From the IMG/VR virus record IMGVR_UViG_3300031606_000339, positions 1 through 64,000 of that record: 64,000 nucleotides of DNA. The stretch is one strand, 5' to 3'. Below the pieces are notes generated by a model. The model did not search any database. It was not told the DNA's origin and saw nothing but the letters and a program-made list of their open reading frames with translations. Positions 17,811 to 27,085 of the stretch are shown here, one piece after another (the stretch's first letter is position 1; each line of letters begins with the position of its first letter). The translations under genes were made by a program, and so were the position numbers. The stretch is from a virus. Taxonomy: Duplodnaviria > Caudoviricetes.

Positions 17811-18470
17811 CTAAAATTCCCGTGGAACTGGCTCCGGTTTCTCTAAAACAAAAATTTGATTTATTTCGTCAAAAGACTCTCCAGTATCAGTATCGTTTAA
17901 TTTAACTCCAAACTCGCTAGATAACAGAATCTTCCAGCCAGACCTATCCATCAACGACTCCCACATGGTGCTTCCCATTAGTGAGTAGTGATTAGGAACC
18001 GCCTCTAATGTCCTATGGTTTTCGGGGGCGGGCATCTCTATGTAAATTTTCCCTTTGGGCTTACAAACTCTGAGATACTCTATTAGCGTAAGGTATGGAA
18101 ACGGAGAATGTTCCAAGCAGTGCCTAGAGAAAAGAAAATCAAAACTATTATCTTCAAAACTCATAAAGGATTGGTCCATTTCTTCGCACTGGAAACCCCT
18201 ATCTAGGGTCGCTTCTACGTCTTCTTCACTTAAGGTAATTCCAGTTAGGTCAGTAAAGCCGTTTTCTCTAAGCTTCATCATCGCATAACCCTGACCACAA
18301 CCTATATCAAGAATCTTGATGTCCTTATCGCTCCCCAGCTGGTTCTTGACTAAATCACGAATAACATGATCAATCATGTTCTTGTGCATGTGCGAATCTG
18401 GTTCAGAATAAACTTCTGAATTAGTCCGCTCCAAGAAGCTCTCTATTTTTTTTGCTCTTTTATCGCTCAT
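17811..18470 (-). CDS. Class I SAM methyltransferase
   Basis: ILDIGCGQG and FDFLFSRHCLEH motifs. Confidence 0.85.
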   Translation of the reverse strand: MSDKRAKKIESFLERTNSEVYSEPDSHMHKNMIDHVIRDLVKNQLGSDKDIKILDIGCGQGYAMMKLRENGFTDLTGITLSEEDVEATLDRGFQCEEMDQSFMSFEDNSFDFLFSRHCLEHSPFPYLTLIEYLRVCKPKGKIYIEMPAPENHRTLEAVPNHYSLMGSTMWESLMDRSGWKILLSSEFGVKLNDTDTGESFDEINQIFVLEKPEPVPREF

Positions 18471-18529
18471 TCTACTATATCGTCCACTCAGTTCGGATTT
18501 GCGATTTCGGGAAAAATTTGACTTTTCTG

Positions 18530-18784
18530 CTATCCGAAGGTCGAGTCGTGGAATTTTTCGGCAATGTCCACGATTTTTTCATCGTCATCAATTTTTACAT
18601 GATATTTTTTCTCTAGCCCATTCAATCCAGACACCTGCCAATCTGCCCAACCTAACGAGCCGAAGTCAGATACCGTGCTATCATCAGAGACAAAGAAATA
18701 ATTGCCACTACCCGCAAGGGAGTATCCGATTTCGTTTACTTCTCTCTTGTATTTCTTAGCTTTTATGTATTCTGCTAATTTCAT
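18530..18784 (-). CDS. Hypothetical protein
   Basis: ORF track. Confidence 0.55.
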   Translation of the reverse strand: MKLAEYIKAKKYKREVNEIGYSLAGSGNYFFVSDDSTVSDFGSLGWADWQVSGLNGLEKKYHVKIDDDEKIVDIAEKFHDSTFG

Positions 18785-18878
18785 AGATCACGATTATCTA
18801 GCCATATTTCATAGTTCCAATCTTTTTCTGCTTTTTCTGCTTTTTTGGGGTTGATGGTCATGGGAATCGAAGTGTCAT

Positions 18879-19415
18879 TTACCTAAGCTCTTCTCTCAGC
18901 AGTCTCCATCTATCACTATCTATCTTTTTCTCGCCGCTGTCGATACTCTTTAACATAGATACCACCTCTTCGATGCTATCGTAAATATAGTGATGCGGAA
19001 GCATGCCCATCATCCACAGCGGCGTTTTATGTTTCCCTCCCTCCATGGAAATAAAAATCGGCTTCTTCATCCTAACTGCCGTAACTATTTCCTCTGCGCT
19101 ACCCCAGCTTGCGACCTCTGGCAAAAGGTGAGCTATAATAAAATCGCTACGGTCAACAAGGTTTAAGTCGTAACTGCGGATAAGCTTCATTCTACCTGCG
19201 ACGTCATTAAAATAGCCGTGTTCCATACAGTGAGCTATCGAAAGGCGAGTGTCTTCGTCTTCGTTCACGTCCTTCACAAAGGGTTTTTTATAGGGGTTGA
19301 AGACTCTTATGTCGAGAGGACTCAGTTCTGCTTCCGCATACTCTCTCCAGTCTCGACCACTCGCGTACTGCATGTGACCTACTAAATAAGTTCTGGTTTT
19401 TTTAAGTATATTCAT
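18879..19415 (-). CDS. Nucleoside 2-deoxyribosyltransferase-like protein
   Basis: YL.G.M..., WR, FNP, DL..V..SD.IIA and S.GS..EI motifs. Confidence 0.7.
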   Translation of the reverse strand: MNILKKTRTYLVGHMQYASGRDWREYAEAELSPLDIRVFNPYKKPFVKDVNEDEDTRLSIAHCMEHGYFNDVAGRMKLIRSYDLNLVDRSDFIIAHLLPEVASWGSAEEIVTAVRMKKPIFISMEGGKHKTPLWMMGMLPHHYIYDSIEEVVSMLKSIDSGEKKIDSDRWRLLREELR

Positions 19416-19447
19416 GGATGCATCAATGTAGGAGTGTCTTTTACCTA

Positions 19448-19657
19448 TTACCCATCGTTCCAGCGTTTATTTCTGTTGGCTTCCAGCATCGCCTCAAAAC
19501 GAGCTTTCTTCTTCTGCTTCTGCCTCTTCTCGCTGGGCTTTTCGTAATGCCTTCTATCTCGATAAAGCTGCAACGTGCCTTCTCTGTCTAGCTTTTTTCT
19601 TAGGGCTCTTAGGGCTGAGTCAACTGACTGCCCAGCTTTTAGTTTTATTTCTGCCAT
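19448..19657 (-). CDS. rpsU: 30S ribosomal protein bS21
   Basis: DSALRALRKK..REG.L......HYEKPSEKR. Confidence 0.9.
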   Translation of the reverse strand: MAEIKLKAGQSVDSALRALRKKLDREGTLQLYRDRRHYEKPSEKRQKQKKKARFEAMLEANRNKRWNDG

Positions 19658-19926
19658 TTTAGCGTAGCCCTTCTTCTTAGCTCTCTGACCGCTTGCACCG
19701 CATGTAAATAATACTTTTGGTTTACTTGCGCGCTGCTTTCTCTATAAAGTTTAGAATACTCCTCTTCTCTCTCGTTAAGGAATTGCATAAATTCTCTGTA
19801 AGAATGTGGCTCCATCCACTATTAGTTACAGTTTTTTTCGGTAAAATTGTCATTTTATTTTTAAAAGATACTGATCTGATTCGTGTCGTTTACCTATCTC
19901 CTTTGTAAAAGAATTTTGCATTCTGA

Positions 19927-20253
19927 TCAAGCCTTATTATCCCATATTTGGTCTTCGTCGCAGGACCAGCCAAACCCTTGCATTATATCTCTCAGGGTGC
20001 AACCAGTCGCCGCATCTATCCGCCCGACAGGCTTCAGATTTTCCTTTAACTCCATCTCTCTTCTAGCTATGGATATAGACAAAATTGACCCTCGAAAAAC
20101 GACTAGGACATAGCATCCTTCAGCTTCACCAATCCATCTGTCTTGGCCGAATATCTCAAAGCAGCTATCCACCCCGCGACTCTCCATTCTCGTTATAAAA
20201 TCGAGATGAAGGTTACAGAACCTTTTGTAGCTAGACTTCGGAAACACTTCCAC
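19927..20253 (-). CDS. Hypothetical protein
   Basis: ORF track. Confidence 0.5.
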   Translation of the reverse strand: MEVFPKSSYKRFCNLHLDFITRMESRGVDSCFEIFGQDRWIGEAEGCYVLVVFRGSILSISIARREMELKENLKPVGRIDAATGCTLRDIMQGFGWSCDEDQIWDNKA

Positions 20254-20830
20254 GGGCTTCTATCTCCTTAGGGGTCGCTAGCAGCTGCTTGAGGTAATGG
20301 CTTGCGGGGTTCAGTTTCGTTAGGTCTTTGGCAGATATGCAATCGCGCAATCCGTAGCCGTAATCATGTTCGTACCAAGATGACCCCTCTCTTTTCCGTC
20401 CTTCAAAATTGACCTTAGTTAGAAAACCCCAGATTTTTATGGTATTTTTCTTGTCCCTCAAGACTCCGACTGACACCGCAAAGTCAGCTTTAAACTGATA
20501 GCTTCCCTCTTGGTTAAAAATTAAAACAGGTACGGGGTTAAAGAAATTAGTTTTGACCTGTATGGTTTGATTATTTCTAGCTAAGTCAACCTTGCCTCCG
20601 TCTCCGCCTTTTGAAATAGAAAAATCTGGACAAATATTCAGATGCTTTGCAACGTAATACTCTCCCACTACTCCCCAAAAGTCTAAGTCTATATCATGGT
20701 CACCCGTGACCTTCGCCCACTCGGGGCACTTAGACATCCTCTGGTTTTGTTTTTTTGATTTAGACTTCGTCCTGCCTTCTGCGGCGGCAAGGAAAATCTT
20801 TTTTTCAAATTCGTTAAATATATACTCCAT
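20231..20830 (-). CDS. Phage protein, possibly PD-(D/E)XK-like
   Basis: GE..VAK.L...D.G..D....IQVKT pattern. Confidence 0.55.
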   Translation of the reverse strand: MEYIFNEFEKKIFLAAAEGRTKSKSKKQNQRMSKCPEWAKVTGDHDIDLDFWGVVGEYYVAKHLNICPDFSISKGGDGGKVDLARNNQTIQVKTNFFNPVPVLIFNQEGSYQFKADFAVSVGVLRDKKNTIKIWGFLTKVNFEGRKREGSSWYEHDYGYGLRDCISAKDLTKLNPASHYLKQLLATPKEIEARGSVSEV

Positions 20831-20833
20831 AGA

Positions 20834-21379
20834 TCAGCTTCCGAGTCTTTCTATTTTCCAACAAATTTTAATTAATAATCCTAGGACCCACCTGATCGGG
20901 TGAGTCAGGTGCCTTATGGTCTTGGTGTATAAGTTCGGCTCAGTGAACTGTCTTTCCACCTCTTCCATCATTTTTTCTGCGGCCAGTTCCCTCTTCGCGC
21001 TATCTTCTATCTGTAGGTTCTCTAAGGTTATCTCTTTCAACTCCCCTTTCCAAAACAACGCTAAAAACTCTGGAAAAAAATCTTTCTCCCCCTCTAGATG
21101 CATACAGTAAAATCTAAGTTCGCCAGTGAATTCTTGCTTTGATATGCCCAACTCTCTTTCCTTTATTTCAACTGAGCCATCTTTCCCCTCTACTAGCTCT
21201 CTCTCTATTCCCTCTTTGTAAAGTTGCCCGTCTTCTTCAATCGTATATTTTTGCATGGTGCAGTCCAGCGAAAGGCTTTGATATTCTATCTCATTCCACT
21301 TGGGGGGCGATTCCATTTTTCCTTCTACGTCCTCCACTGGAAGCGGGTAGTCTACTGTAACTATGTCGAACATTGACAT
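20834..21379 (-). CDS. Phage hypothetical protein (MGMFD family), paralog of 12469-13086
   Basis: Shared motifs listed for the paralog. Confidence 0.7.
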   Translation of the reverse strand: MSMFDIVTVDYPLPVEDVEGKMESPPKWNEIEYQSLSLDCTMQKYTIEEDGQLYKEGIERELVEGKDGSVEIKERELGISKQEFTGELRFYCMHLEGEKDFFPEFLALFWKGELKEITLENLQIEDSAKRELAAEKMMEEVERQFTEPNLYTKTIRHLTHPIRWVLGLLIKICWKIERLGS

Positions 21380-22095
21380 TAGCGTCCAATCCTTTCTAGA
21401 ATCCGCCTAGTTTTCGTCGGGCTTGTGGTCGTGTAAGATTTTCCATCCATGTTTGCCTCTATGTCTTTAACTATTGCGTAGTCGTTTCCGCCTTCATGAG
21501 TTTTGTCTCCAATAAAAATTATATCGCCGCTCTTATTGTCCCTAACCCACTTGCTGGCTAAACTCTTGTTGAATCCCCTAGGCTGAATATCTAAACTTAT
21601 TTCTCCGCCCAAGCAAGCCTCAAGGTGGGGGAATTCTTCGTTGATTGTCTCTGCCAGTCTCGGGCGTTCTCCGTTCTTCTTATCCCATTCGTGATAGTTT
21701 TTTCTTTCGCGCGTATTGGAATCCCTTCCTGCTGTAGAAAAATTCAGCATCCCCTGCCGAGACTCTATCCATCTCGCCTTTTTATTCGGGTAGCTGGAAG
21801 ACTTTCTGAGCTCCAAGAGCCTGCTTAATAGCTTCGTCGTAGGCTTCCATTCGTGATTGTAAATCAATTTATCTTTCATCCACAGCTGGTTGCCCATGCA
21901 ACAAAAAATGCCTCTACATTTAGAGATTATGCTCGCTGGGATTTGAGAGTTTACTTTCTCTAGGTCGCTACCCGCGACCAAAAAAACTCTTTTGTGGGTC
22001 ATCCAATTTATGAAAAAAAAACCAAAATCTGTATCCATCATCTTCCTAGGCTCGGTTAACGTGCCGTCTACATCGAAAAGATAATTAAATGTCAT
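21379..22095 (-). CDS. HAD-IIB phosphomannomutase-like enzyme (eukaryote-type PMM)
   Basis: LFDVDGTLT, VAGSD, IE.R.GMLNFS..GR, GG.IS.DI.P.G..K and FIGD...GGNDY motifs. Confidence 0.85.
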   Translation of the reverse strand: MTFNYLFDVDGTLTEPRKMMDTDFGFFFINWMTHKRVFLVAGSDLEKVNSQIPASIISKCRGIFCCMGNQLWMKDKLIYNHEWKPTTKLLSRLLELRKSSSYPNKKARWIESRQGMLNFSTAGRDSNTRERKNYHEWDKKNGERPRLAETINEEFPHLEACLGGEISLDIQPRGFNKSLASKWVRDNKSGDIIFIGDKTHEGGNDYAIVKDIEANMDGKSYTTTSPTKTRRILERIGR

Positions 22096-22469
22096 TTCTT
22101 CTTGTTTCTTTTGTTGCTCGCGCGCTTTCTGGCTACCTTGTCCTCTTGTCTGTTTCTGGTCTTTCTCCAGCCGCACCAATTATACAAGAACCTGCTAACT
22201 GTATTGGAGTAGGCAGCAATCTCTTTCTCTGTCTTGTCCCAAAAATAAGCGTGAGCTATTTCATGTATCGCCGTATTAAGTTCGCTCTGTTTAGTTAGGT
22301 ACGGGCTGATGTGTATTTTGGGGTGCAGATCGTGCGGGTCATTACAGATGCCATCCGCGTCGTCAAACCAACGCTTGTTCGGCTTTCTGAATAATACTTC
22401 GTATTCTACTCCTTCGCAATTGATGAAAGAAAACGTCGGTTTTTTCGCCATAAATAGCACTCCCCCCAT
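22092..22469 (-). CDS. Small HExxH metallopeptidase-like protein
   Basis: NTAIHEIAHAYF...E. Confidence 0.7.
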   Translation of the reverse strand: MGGVLFMAKKPTFSFINCEGVEYEVLFRKPNKRWFDDADGICNDPHDLHPKIHISPYLTKQSELNTAIHEIAHAYFWDKTEKEIAAYSNTVSRFLYNWCGWRKTRNRQEDKVARKRASNKRNKKK

Positions 22470-22513
22470 ATATATTTACACTGTTAACAGCTAGGGGACC
22501 AACTTGCTGCGAC

Positions 22514-22819
22514 TTATTTTTCATTTTTTGGTTTTTTAAGGAATTTTAGCGGCGAAAACACCCTGCTGACCGCAGATTCGTTAATTTCCTCCTCAAGCTT
22601 GTCTAGCTGCTTGATTTCGAACTCTCCGCGAGCACATAAATTTTGCATTTTTTTAGTTATATCGTCCATCCTCTCCTCGTGGTCTGGCCGATAGGTTTCG
22701 CCTTCTAGTTCTTCAGCCTCCTCGATGGTCTTCGCTATCTCCTCCCTCCACCAGTTCAGAGACTTAAACACCGCGTCGCATTCGAACTCTAGAGTTTCTG
22801 TTGTCTTTGTAGCTTTCAC
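22514..22819 (-). CDS. Hypothetical coiled-coil protein
   Basis: ORF track. Confidence 0.6.
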   Translation of the reverse strand: MKATKTTETLEFECDAVFKSLNWWREEIAKTIEEAEELEGETYRPDHEERMDDITKKMQNLCARGEFEIKQLDKLEEEINESAVSRVFSPLKFLKKPKNEK

Positions 22820-22853
22820 CTTAACTCAAGGTTAAAGAAGATTTAAGATAAAG

Positions 22854-23054
22854 TCAATTACTTTTGCGGTCTCGTTTGGCTTTTGCGCGCTGCTCTTCGG
22901 ACTTTAGTAACTCTCTTAGGCTCTTGAGGTGGAAGGTTATGAAGCTCTCTCCAATCTTATCCTCCATCCTCAGATGAGGGCTTCTCTTATCTTCTGAGTC
23001 TCTCTCAAGAGACGCATCCAAAATCTCATCTAACAACGCTAACGCCTTTTTCAT
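22854..23054 (-). CDS. Hypothetical protein
   Basis: ORF track. Confidence 0.6.
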   Translation of the reverse strand: MKKALALLDEILDASLERDSEDKRSPHLRMEDKIGESFITFHLKSLRELLKSEEQRAKAKRDRKSN

Positions 23055-23057
23055 CCT

Positions 23058-23375
23058 TTATGATGAAAGCATCTTTGTGACTTTGTCAATAGGTATCCTC
23101 GTCAAAATCTCGTCGTGAAGCTGGTGGATTATTTGCTCGGGAGAGAAGCCCTCGGTCTCTGCCCACTTTAGCCCCTTCCAGTTAACTAGATACGCGCAAA
23201 ACTGGAGACCAATTACTGCGTCGTTTTCTATGCCCACCGCAACTAGCTTCTTGCTCTTGTCGCTAGTTAAAAAGAACAGGTTGGGATACGCGGTTTTATC
23301 AACGGTAATCTCGACTTTCTTTTTAAAGGCGTCACGCTTTATGAGACCGATAACTCTTTTTAATAAAATCTCCAC
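23058..23375 (-). CDS. Hypothetical protein
   Basis: ORF track; preceded by an AAGTGTATTTA motif. Confidence 0.6.
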   Translation of the reverse strand: MEILLKRVIGLIKRDAFKKKVEITVDKTAYPNLFFLTSDKSKKLVAVGIENDAVIGLQFCAYLVNWKGLKWAETEGFSPEQIIHQLHDEILTRIPIDKVTKMLSS

Positions 23376-23380
23376 GAATA

Positions 23381-23416
23381 TAAATACACTTTTTTAAGTT
23401 AATTTAAGTGTAATTA
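23381..23416. promoter_or_regulatory. Divergent pair of AAGTGTAWWTA motifs (putative phage-specific promoters)
   Basis: AAGTGTATTTA on - (23391-23381) and AAGTGTAATTA on + (23406-23416), each just upstream of a start codon. Confidence 0.65.
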
Positions 23417-23417
23417 T

Positions 23418-23765
23418 ATGTATATGAATTTAATCATCGTCTCTCATCTGTCTTCTGACCCGCCCTCTGAGGGACTGTATTTCAGATTTTTAACTATGAT
23501 GGCAAAAGAAGATCTAAATTACTCTGTCGTTCTGGAAGCTGAAAAAGAAAGCGTAGACGCTTGTTACAAGTTTCTAAAAGCAAAGGGCTGGTTTGATTTC
23601 GTGGACGAGATAATCCTCCCCGAGTGGAGGGAGGAGGGAGTGAGGATAGACAGCGAAATTAATTACCCGCTAACAATACAAGCCCCCTATATAAGGTGCG
23701 AAAACACACCCCTTCTGCTGGGGCAGCTGAAATCTATTCGGGGCATTAATAATCTCACTCTATAG
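23418..23765 (+). CDS. Hypothetical protein (degenerate HAD-like)
   Basis: ORF track; GWFDFVDEI. Confidence 0.6.
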   Translation: MYMNLIIVSHLSSDPPSEGLYFRFLTMMAKEDLNYSVVLEAEKESVDACYKFLKAKGWFDFVDEIILPEWREEGVRIDSEINYPLTIQAPYIRCENTPLLLGQLKSIRGINNLTL

Positions 23766-23818
23766 TTATTACGGTTATTTTTACTCAGGTAAAAGTGTAA
23801 ATTATATTAAGGCGTGCT

Positions 23819-24355
23819 GTGAGAAAATGTAGTAAATCTTTGTTAAGGTGGCGTGGTCCGCTGTGGCTTTTGTGCGCTATGCTCTTGTCTTGGTACTTAT
23901 TTTTCGGTAAAAACTACCAGTTCATTTATAACGTGGGCAGCAGCATGGTTCCCACGTTTCAACACAAGGAATGGCTAGTCACGCAAAAGAAAACGTCACT
24001 ACAAAAAGGCTGGGTGCCGGAAAAAAATGATATAATCATTGTAAGCAACGGCGATGAAGATCTAACTAAAAGAGTTCTCGCTTTGGAGGGCGAGTACGTG
24101 AGAGTTAAACACGGAAGAATCCATGTAGATGACGAAAAATACAAAGACCCATTTACTCATCAAAATATAACGTACTGGTTAGAAGAGGAAGGGGAAAGAA
24201 ATAAAAAGCCAAGAGAAGAATGGCTTTTTCTGAATCTCGATATGGATATCGGAGTGGTTCCTAAGGGGTATGTCTGGGTCATAGGGGATAATAGACACAT
24301 GTCTTGGATGGGCTTCGTTAAGATCGAAGACATTAAAGCTTTAGTCATCTTTTAA
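23819..24355 (+). CDS. lepB: Signal peptidase I (peptidase S26)
   Basis: TM, GSSMVPT (catalytic Ser), KRVLALEGE (catalytic Lys) and GDNR..S. Confidence 0.88.
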   Translation: MRKCSKSLLRWRGPLWLLCAMLLSWYLFFGKNYQFIYNVGSSMVPTFQHKEWLVTQKKTSLQKGWVPEKNDIIIVSNGDEDLTKRVLALEGEYVRVKHGRIHVDDEKYKDPFTHQNITYWLEEEGERNKKPREEWLFLNLDMDIGVVPKGYVWVIGDNRHMSWMGFVKIEDIKALVIF

Positions 24356-24372
24356 AAAGTGTAATTACCTAT

Positions 24373-24582
24373 GTGGTTGAGCTATTTCTTATCGGTCTAT
24401 ACATAGAGATAAAGACAAGTGAAGACGAAGACTGGCAAAAAGATGTAGTCTACATTTACGACTGCCTTAGCAACTTGACCGACAAAGAAAGAGACTCGGT
24501 AATAGACTACCTATTCAACGAGGGCTTCATACAGGATCGAAAGACCTGCTGCCAAGTTATACGCGGAGAAGACTACCTCTGA
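24373..24582 (+). CDS. Hypothetical protein
   Basis: ORF track; preceded by AAGTGTAATTA. Confidence 0.55.
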   Translation: MVELFLIGLYIEIKTSEDEDWQKDVVYIYDCLSNLTDKERDSVIDYLFNEGFIQDRKTCCQVIRGEDYL

Positions 24583-25424
24583 GATCTGCGAAAGAGTTCT
24601 CTTATCATATTGAAAACCACGAACTTCAGGTTCTTCCACTCCTTTAATCTTCTCAGGGTGTACGGAAGCCAGTTCTCTCCGAAGGGCACATATATCCTAA
24701 CTCTATACCCCTTGTCTTTCATTTCCTTCTGCAAGTCTCTGCGTATTCCATACAAAAATTCATAGTCAAAATATTTCGCGTCTGGCAACATGCACTCTAT
24801 GTCCTCTAGTAATGACTCGTCATGAGTTGCAATCGCTGGTCTATTAGCTCTACTTTGATAAAGATTGGCTGCGATGTTAAAAAAAGAGCTCTCTATGCCT
24901 AGCTCCGATTGGTAAGCGGTTTCTTCATTCTCTTTGTACGCGCCCTTAACTAGGCGAACTGACACGCCGCTTTTAGCTAATGCTTTTATGTCTTCGGCTG
25001 ACCTGAGCAGGTTCGCCTGAATCGCCACTCCAACGTTGCCATATCTTTCGTTTAAAAAAATAGCCTGATTCAGCGTCAGGCTTGTCACGCTTGAGTCTTC
25101 CATATCTAGGCGGATGGTTGTTTCTGAAGTCTTCGCTAGCTCAGCAAGCCGAGACAATAGAGTCCTCGAAATTAACGGGTGTATCTTTATGCCTAGTTGA
25201 CTGGGCTTTATTGAAACATCAATCTTCTTGCCCTTGTAAGATTTTATTATTTCTACGTACTGAGAAAATGCCTTGTCGCAATCAGGGACCGTTTTGCTAT
25301 CCTCTCCGATATAGTCTACAGTGACTTCGTATCCATCGCTTATTAATTTATCTATGCTCTTTTTCGCTGCATCAAGGCTCTGCCCTGCAATAAATCTCTT
25401 TGCTAATGGATATAGCAACCTCAT
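24573..25424 (-). CDS. Monofunctional proline dehydrogenase
   Basis: RFIAG, SIKPSQLG, RLDMED, RLVKGAY.E, ATHD, EFLYG, Y.PFG..W..Y..RRL.E. Confidence 0.92.
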   Translation of the reverse strand: MRLLYPLAKRFIAGQSLDAAKKSIDKLISDGYEVTVDYIGEDSKTVPDCDKAFSQYVEIIKSYKGKKIDVSIKPSQLGIKIHPLISRTLLSRLAELAKTSETTIRLDMEDSSVTSLTLNQAIFLNERYGNVGVAIQANLLRSAEDIKALAKSGVSVRLVKGAYKENEETAYQSELGIESSFFNIAANLYQSRANRPAIATHDESLLEDIECMLPDAKYFDYEFLYGIRRDLQKEMKDKGYRVRIYVPFGENWLPYTLRRLKEWKNLKFVVFNMIRELFRRSQR

Positions 25425-25429
25425 CGCAG

Positions 25430-25639
25430 CTAGCAACCCCCGAACTCATGGGAGTCATCGTCAATCGCGTCTTCCTCGACCCGTTCTTCTTGAAACTGCC
25501 TCTCAACGATTCTGGTCGGGCGCACTTGAGTTTTAGTGTTGAATCTTTTTTCATGCTTTCGAGCCTCTTTGGCGGTCCTGAAGAAGCCAAGGTGATTCCA
25601 TCTGCCTCCAGCATCTTGTTGTAGCTCATAAAACTCCAT
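25430..25639 (-). CDS. Hypothetical protein
   Basis: ORF track. Confidence 0.55.
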   Translation of the reverse strand: MEFYELQQDAGGRWNHLGFFRTAKEARKHEKRFNTKTQVRPTRIVERQFQEERVEEDAIDDDSHEFGGC

Positions 25640-25755
25640 GACATCTCTTGTTTAATGAATTGAGCGGCGCAGTTAAGGGCAATATACAAGCTCTTCCTTG
25701 TGGCATGCTTACTGCGCCGCTCTCTCCACTCCCTTGGCACCTATAATTATTTTTT

Positions 25756-26703
25756 TCATTTCTGTCTCTCCCTTAGGATTAAAATTTTAGGATAAGTTAC
25801 TCGCAACATGAAGGGGAACATTTTCTTCGCCGCTGCCTCGTCGTCGCTTACGTCCTCATCTTCTTTTTCGTCTTTAGGCTCGTGCTCGATTGGAATTTTC
25901 TTTAGGTCTTCTTCGTCTGGCATGGGAACGCTCTTATCAATAGCCCACATGATTTTATTCTTCTCGCAATAATCTACCATTCTGCGGACAGGCACGATGA
26001 GGTTAAATCCCTCTCCCGCTCCACGGACGAGCATCCCCACGTATTGGGCGTTAGATTTTAGATAGACGCCCCCTCCGCTAGACCCGGGAAAAGCTGTGCA
26101 GGTCGTCTGATCGAAAACATGCTTGTTTAAGCTTTTAATTATCCTGCCATGCTGAGAATAAATTCCATCCGTCATGCTGTTCGCTCCCATCTGCCCCAAT
26201 AACGAGCCAACGTGCAGTAGGTCTTCTCCTAAGGGGGGAATTTTTTTATCAAGATGAAACGTTACCGTGTCAGTAACAAAGTCTAGCTTGCGGACGCGAA
26301 GAAGGGCGAGGTCATGCCCGTCTTTTGCGTCAGAATACTTTAATACTTCCGCGTCCATTTGAAGCCGCCCGACAGTTCTTCCGTTCTGCCTTATCTCTTT
26401 TACCACCATGGGGTCTTTGAATTCGACAACGGTTTTAGCGACTCCGTCGATCACTATTTTTCTGGTTTTGCGAAGATTGTCCACAACGTGACCAGCTGTC
26501 CATACTAAATTAACTAAGTTTCCGTCTTTATCTTTTCGGGTAAAAATTACCCCCGACCCTTCGCCTACAGAAAAGTCTCCTTCGGATCGAATTGTAACAG
26601 ATACGTTTTGGAGGTGCTCTGCTGTGGTTGGTTGCTTCTCTGCTCCGTGCACGGCAAAAGCCGTTAGAGCGAGACCGAAGAGTAAAGACACTAAAGTTTT
26701 CAT
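25756..26703 (-). CDS. Secreted trypsin-like serine protease
   Basis: Signal peptide; GSGV, TAGHV, DLALL and GSSGG catalytic triad. Confidence 0.88.
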   Translation of the reverse strand: MKTLVSLLFGLALTAFAVHGAEKQPTTAEHLQNVSVTIRSEGDFSVGEGSGVIFTRKDKDGNLVNLVWTAGHVVDNLRKTRKIVIDGVAKTVVEFKDPMVVKEIRQNGRTVGRLQMDAEVLKYSDAKDGHDLALLRVRKLDFVTDTVTFHLDKKIPPLGEDLLHVGSLLGQMGANSMTDGIYSQHGRIIKSLNKHVFDQTTCTAFPGSSGGGVYLKSNAQYVGMLVRGAGEGFNLIVPVRRMVDYCEKNKIMWAIDKSVPMPDEEDLKKIPIEHEPKDEKEDEDVSDDEAAAKKMFPFMLRVTYPKILILRERQK

Positions 26704-26771
26704 CTCTCTAATAGATACACTTTTTTATCAAGCTATTTAATCTTAAAGAAATAGAATCTTAAAAAAAATAG

Positions 26772-26857
26772 TAGCGAAGGCGGGACTTGAACCCGCATGA
26801 GCTTTAATTCTCGACGGATTTTAAGTCCGTTGTGTCTGCCAATTCCACCACTTCGCC
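26772..26857 (-). tRNA. tRNA-Leu(UAA), long variable arm, CCA not encoded
   Basis: Acceptor GGCGAAG/CTTCGCT; anticodon arm ACGGA-CTTAAAA-TCCGT; T-arm GCGGGTTCAAGTCCCGC. Confidence 0.95.
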
Positions 26858-27028
26858 GCCTAAGCCCCCAAGCCCTTCTAATTTCTCTTTCTCTCTTCTG
26901 CGGCGCATGTATTCTCTTTTTTGCCTACGTCTTCTCTCTGGGTCTCTTTCGTCATAGGCTTTCCTCGCTTTAGATAGGGCTCTTCTGCCCTTCTTGGTCT
27001 GGAAGTATTTCTTTTGCGATTCGTACAT
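26804..27028 (-). CDS. Small Arg/Lys-rich protein whose 3' end overlaps tRNA-Leu
   Basis: MYESQKKYFQTKKGRR...; stop codon lies inside the tRNA. Confidence 0.55.
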   Translation of the reverse strand: MYESQKKYFQTKKGRRALSKARKAYDERDPERRRRQKREYMRRRREKEKLEGLGGLGGEVVELADTTDLKSVEN

Positions 27029-27085
27029 ATATCGTCCACCCTGCTTCCTTTCCCTCTTGCGGAAAAAATTTTATCTTTAAAAAAC

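Noticed and set aside
26833-26841. ncRNA motif UGGCAGACA identical to the tRNA-Leu D-arm sequence
   Set aside because: A 9-mer match is expected by chance in 64 kb on two strands.
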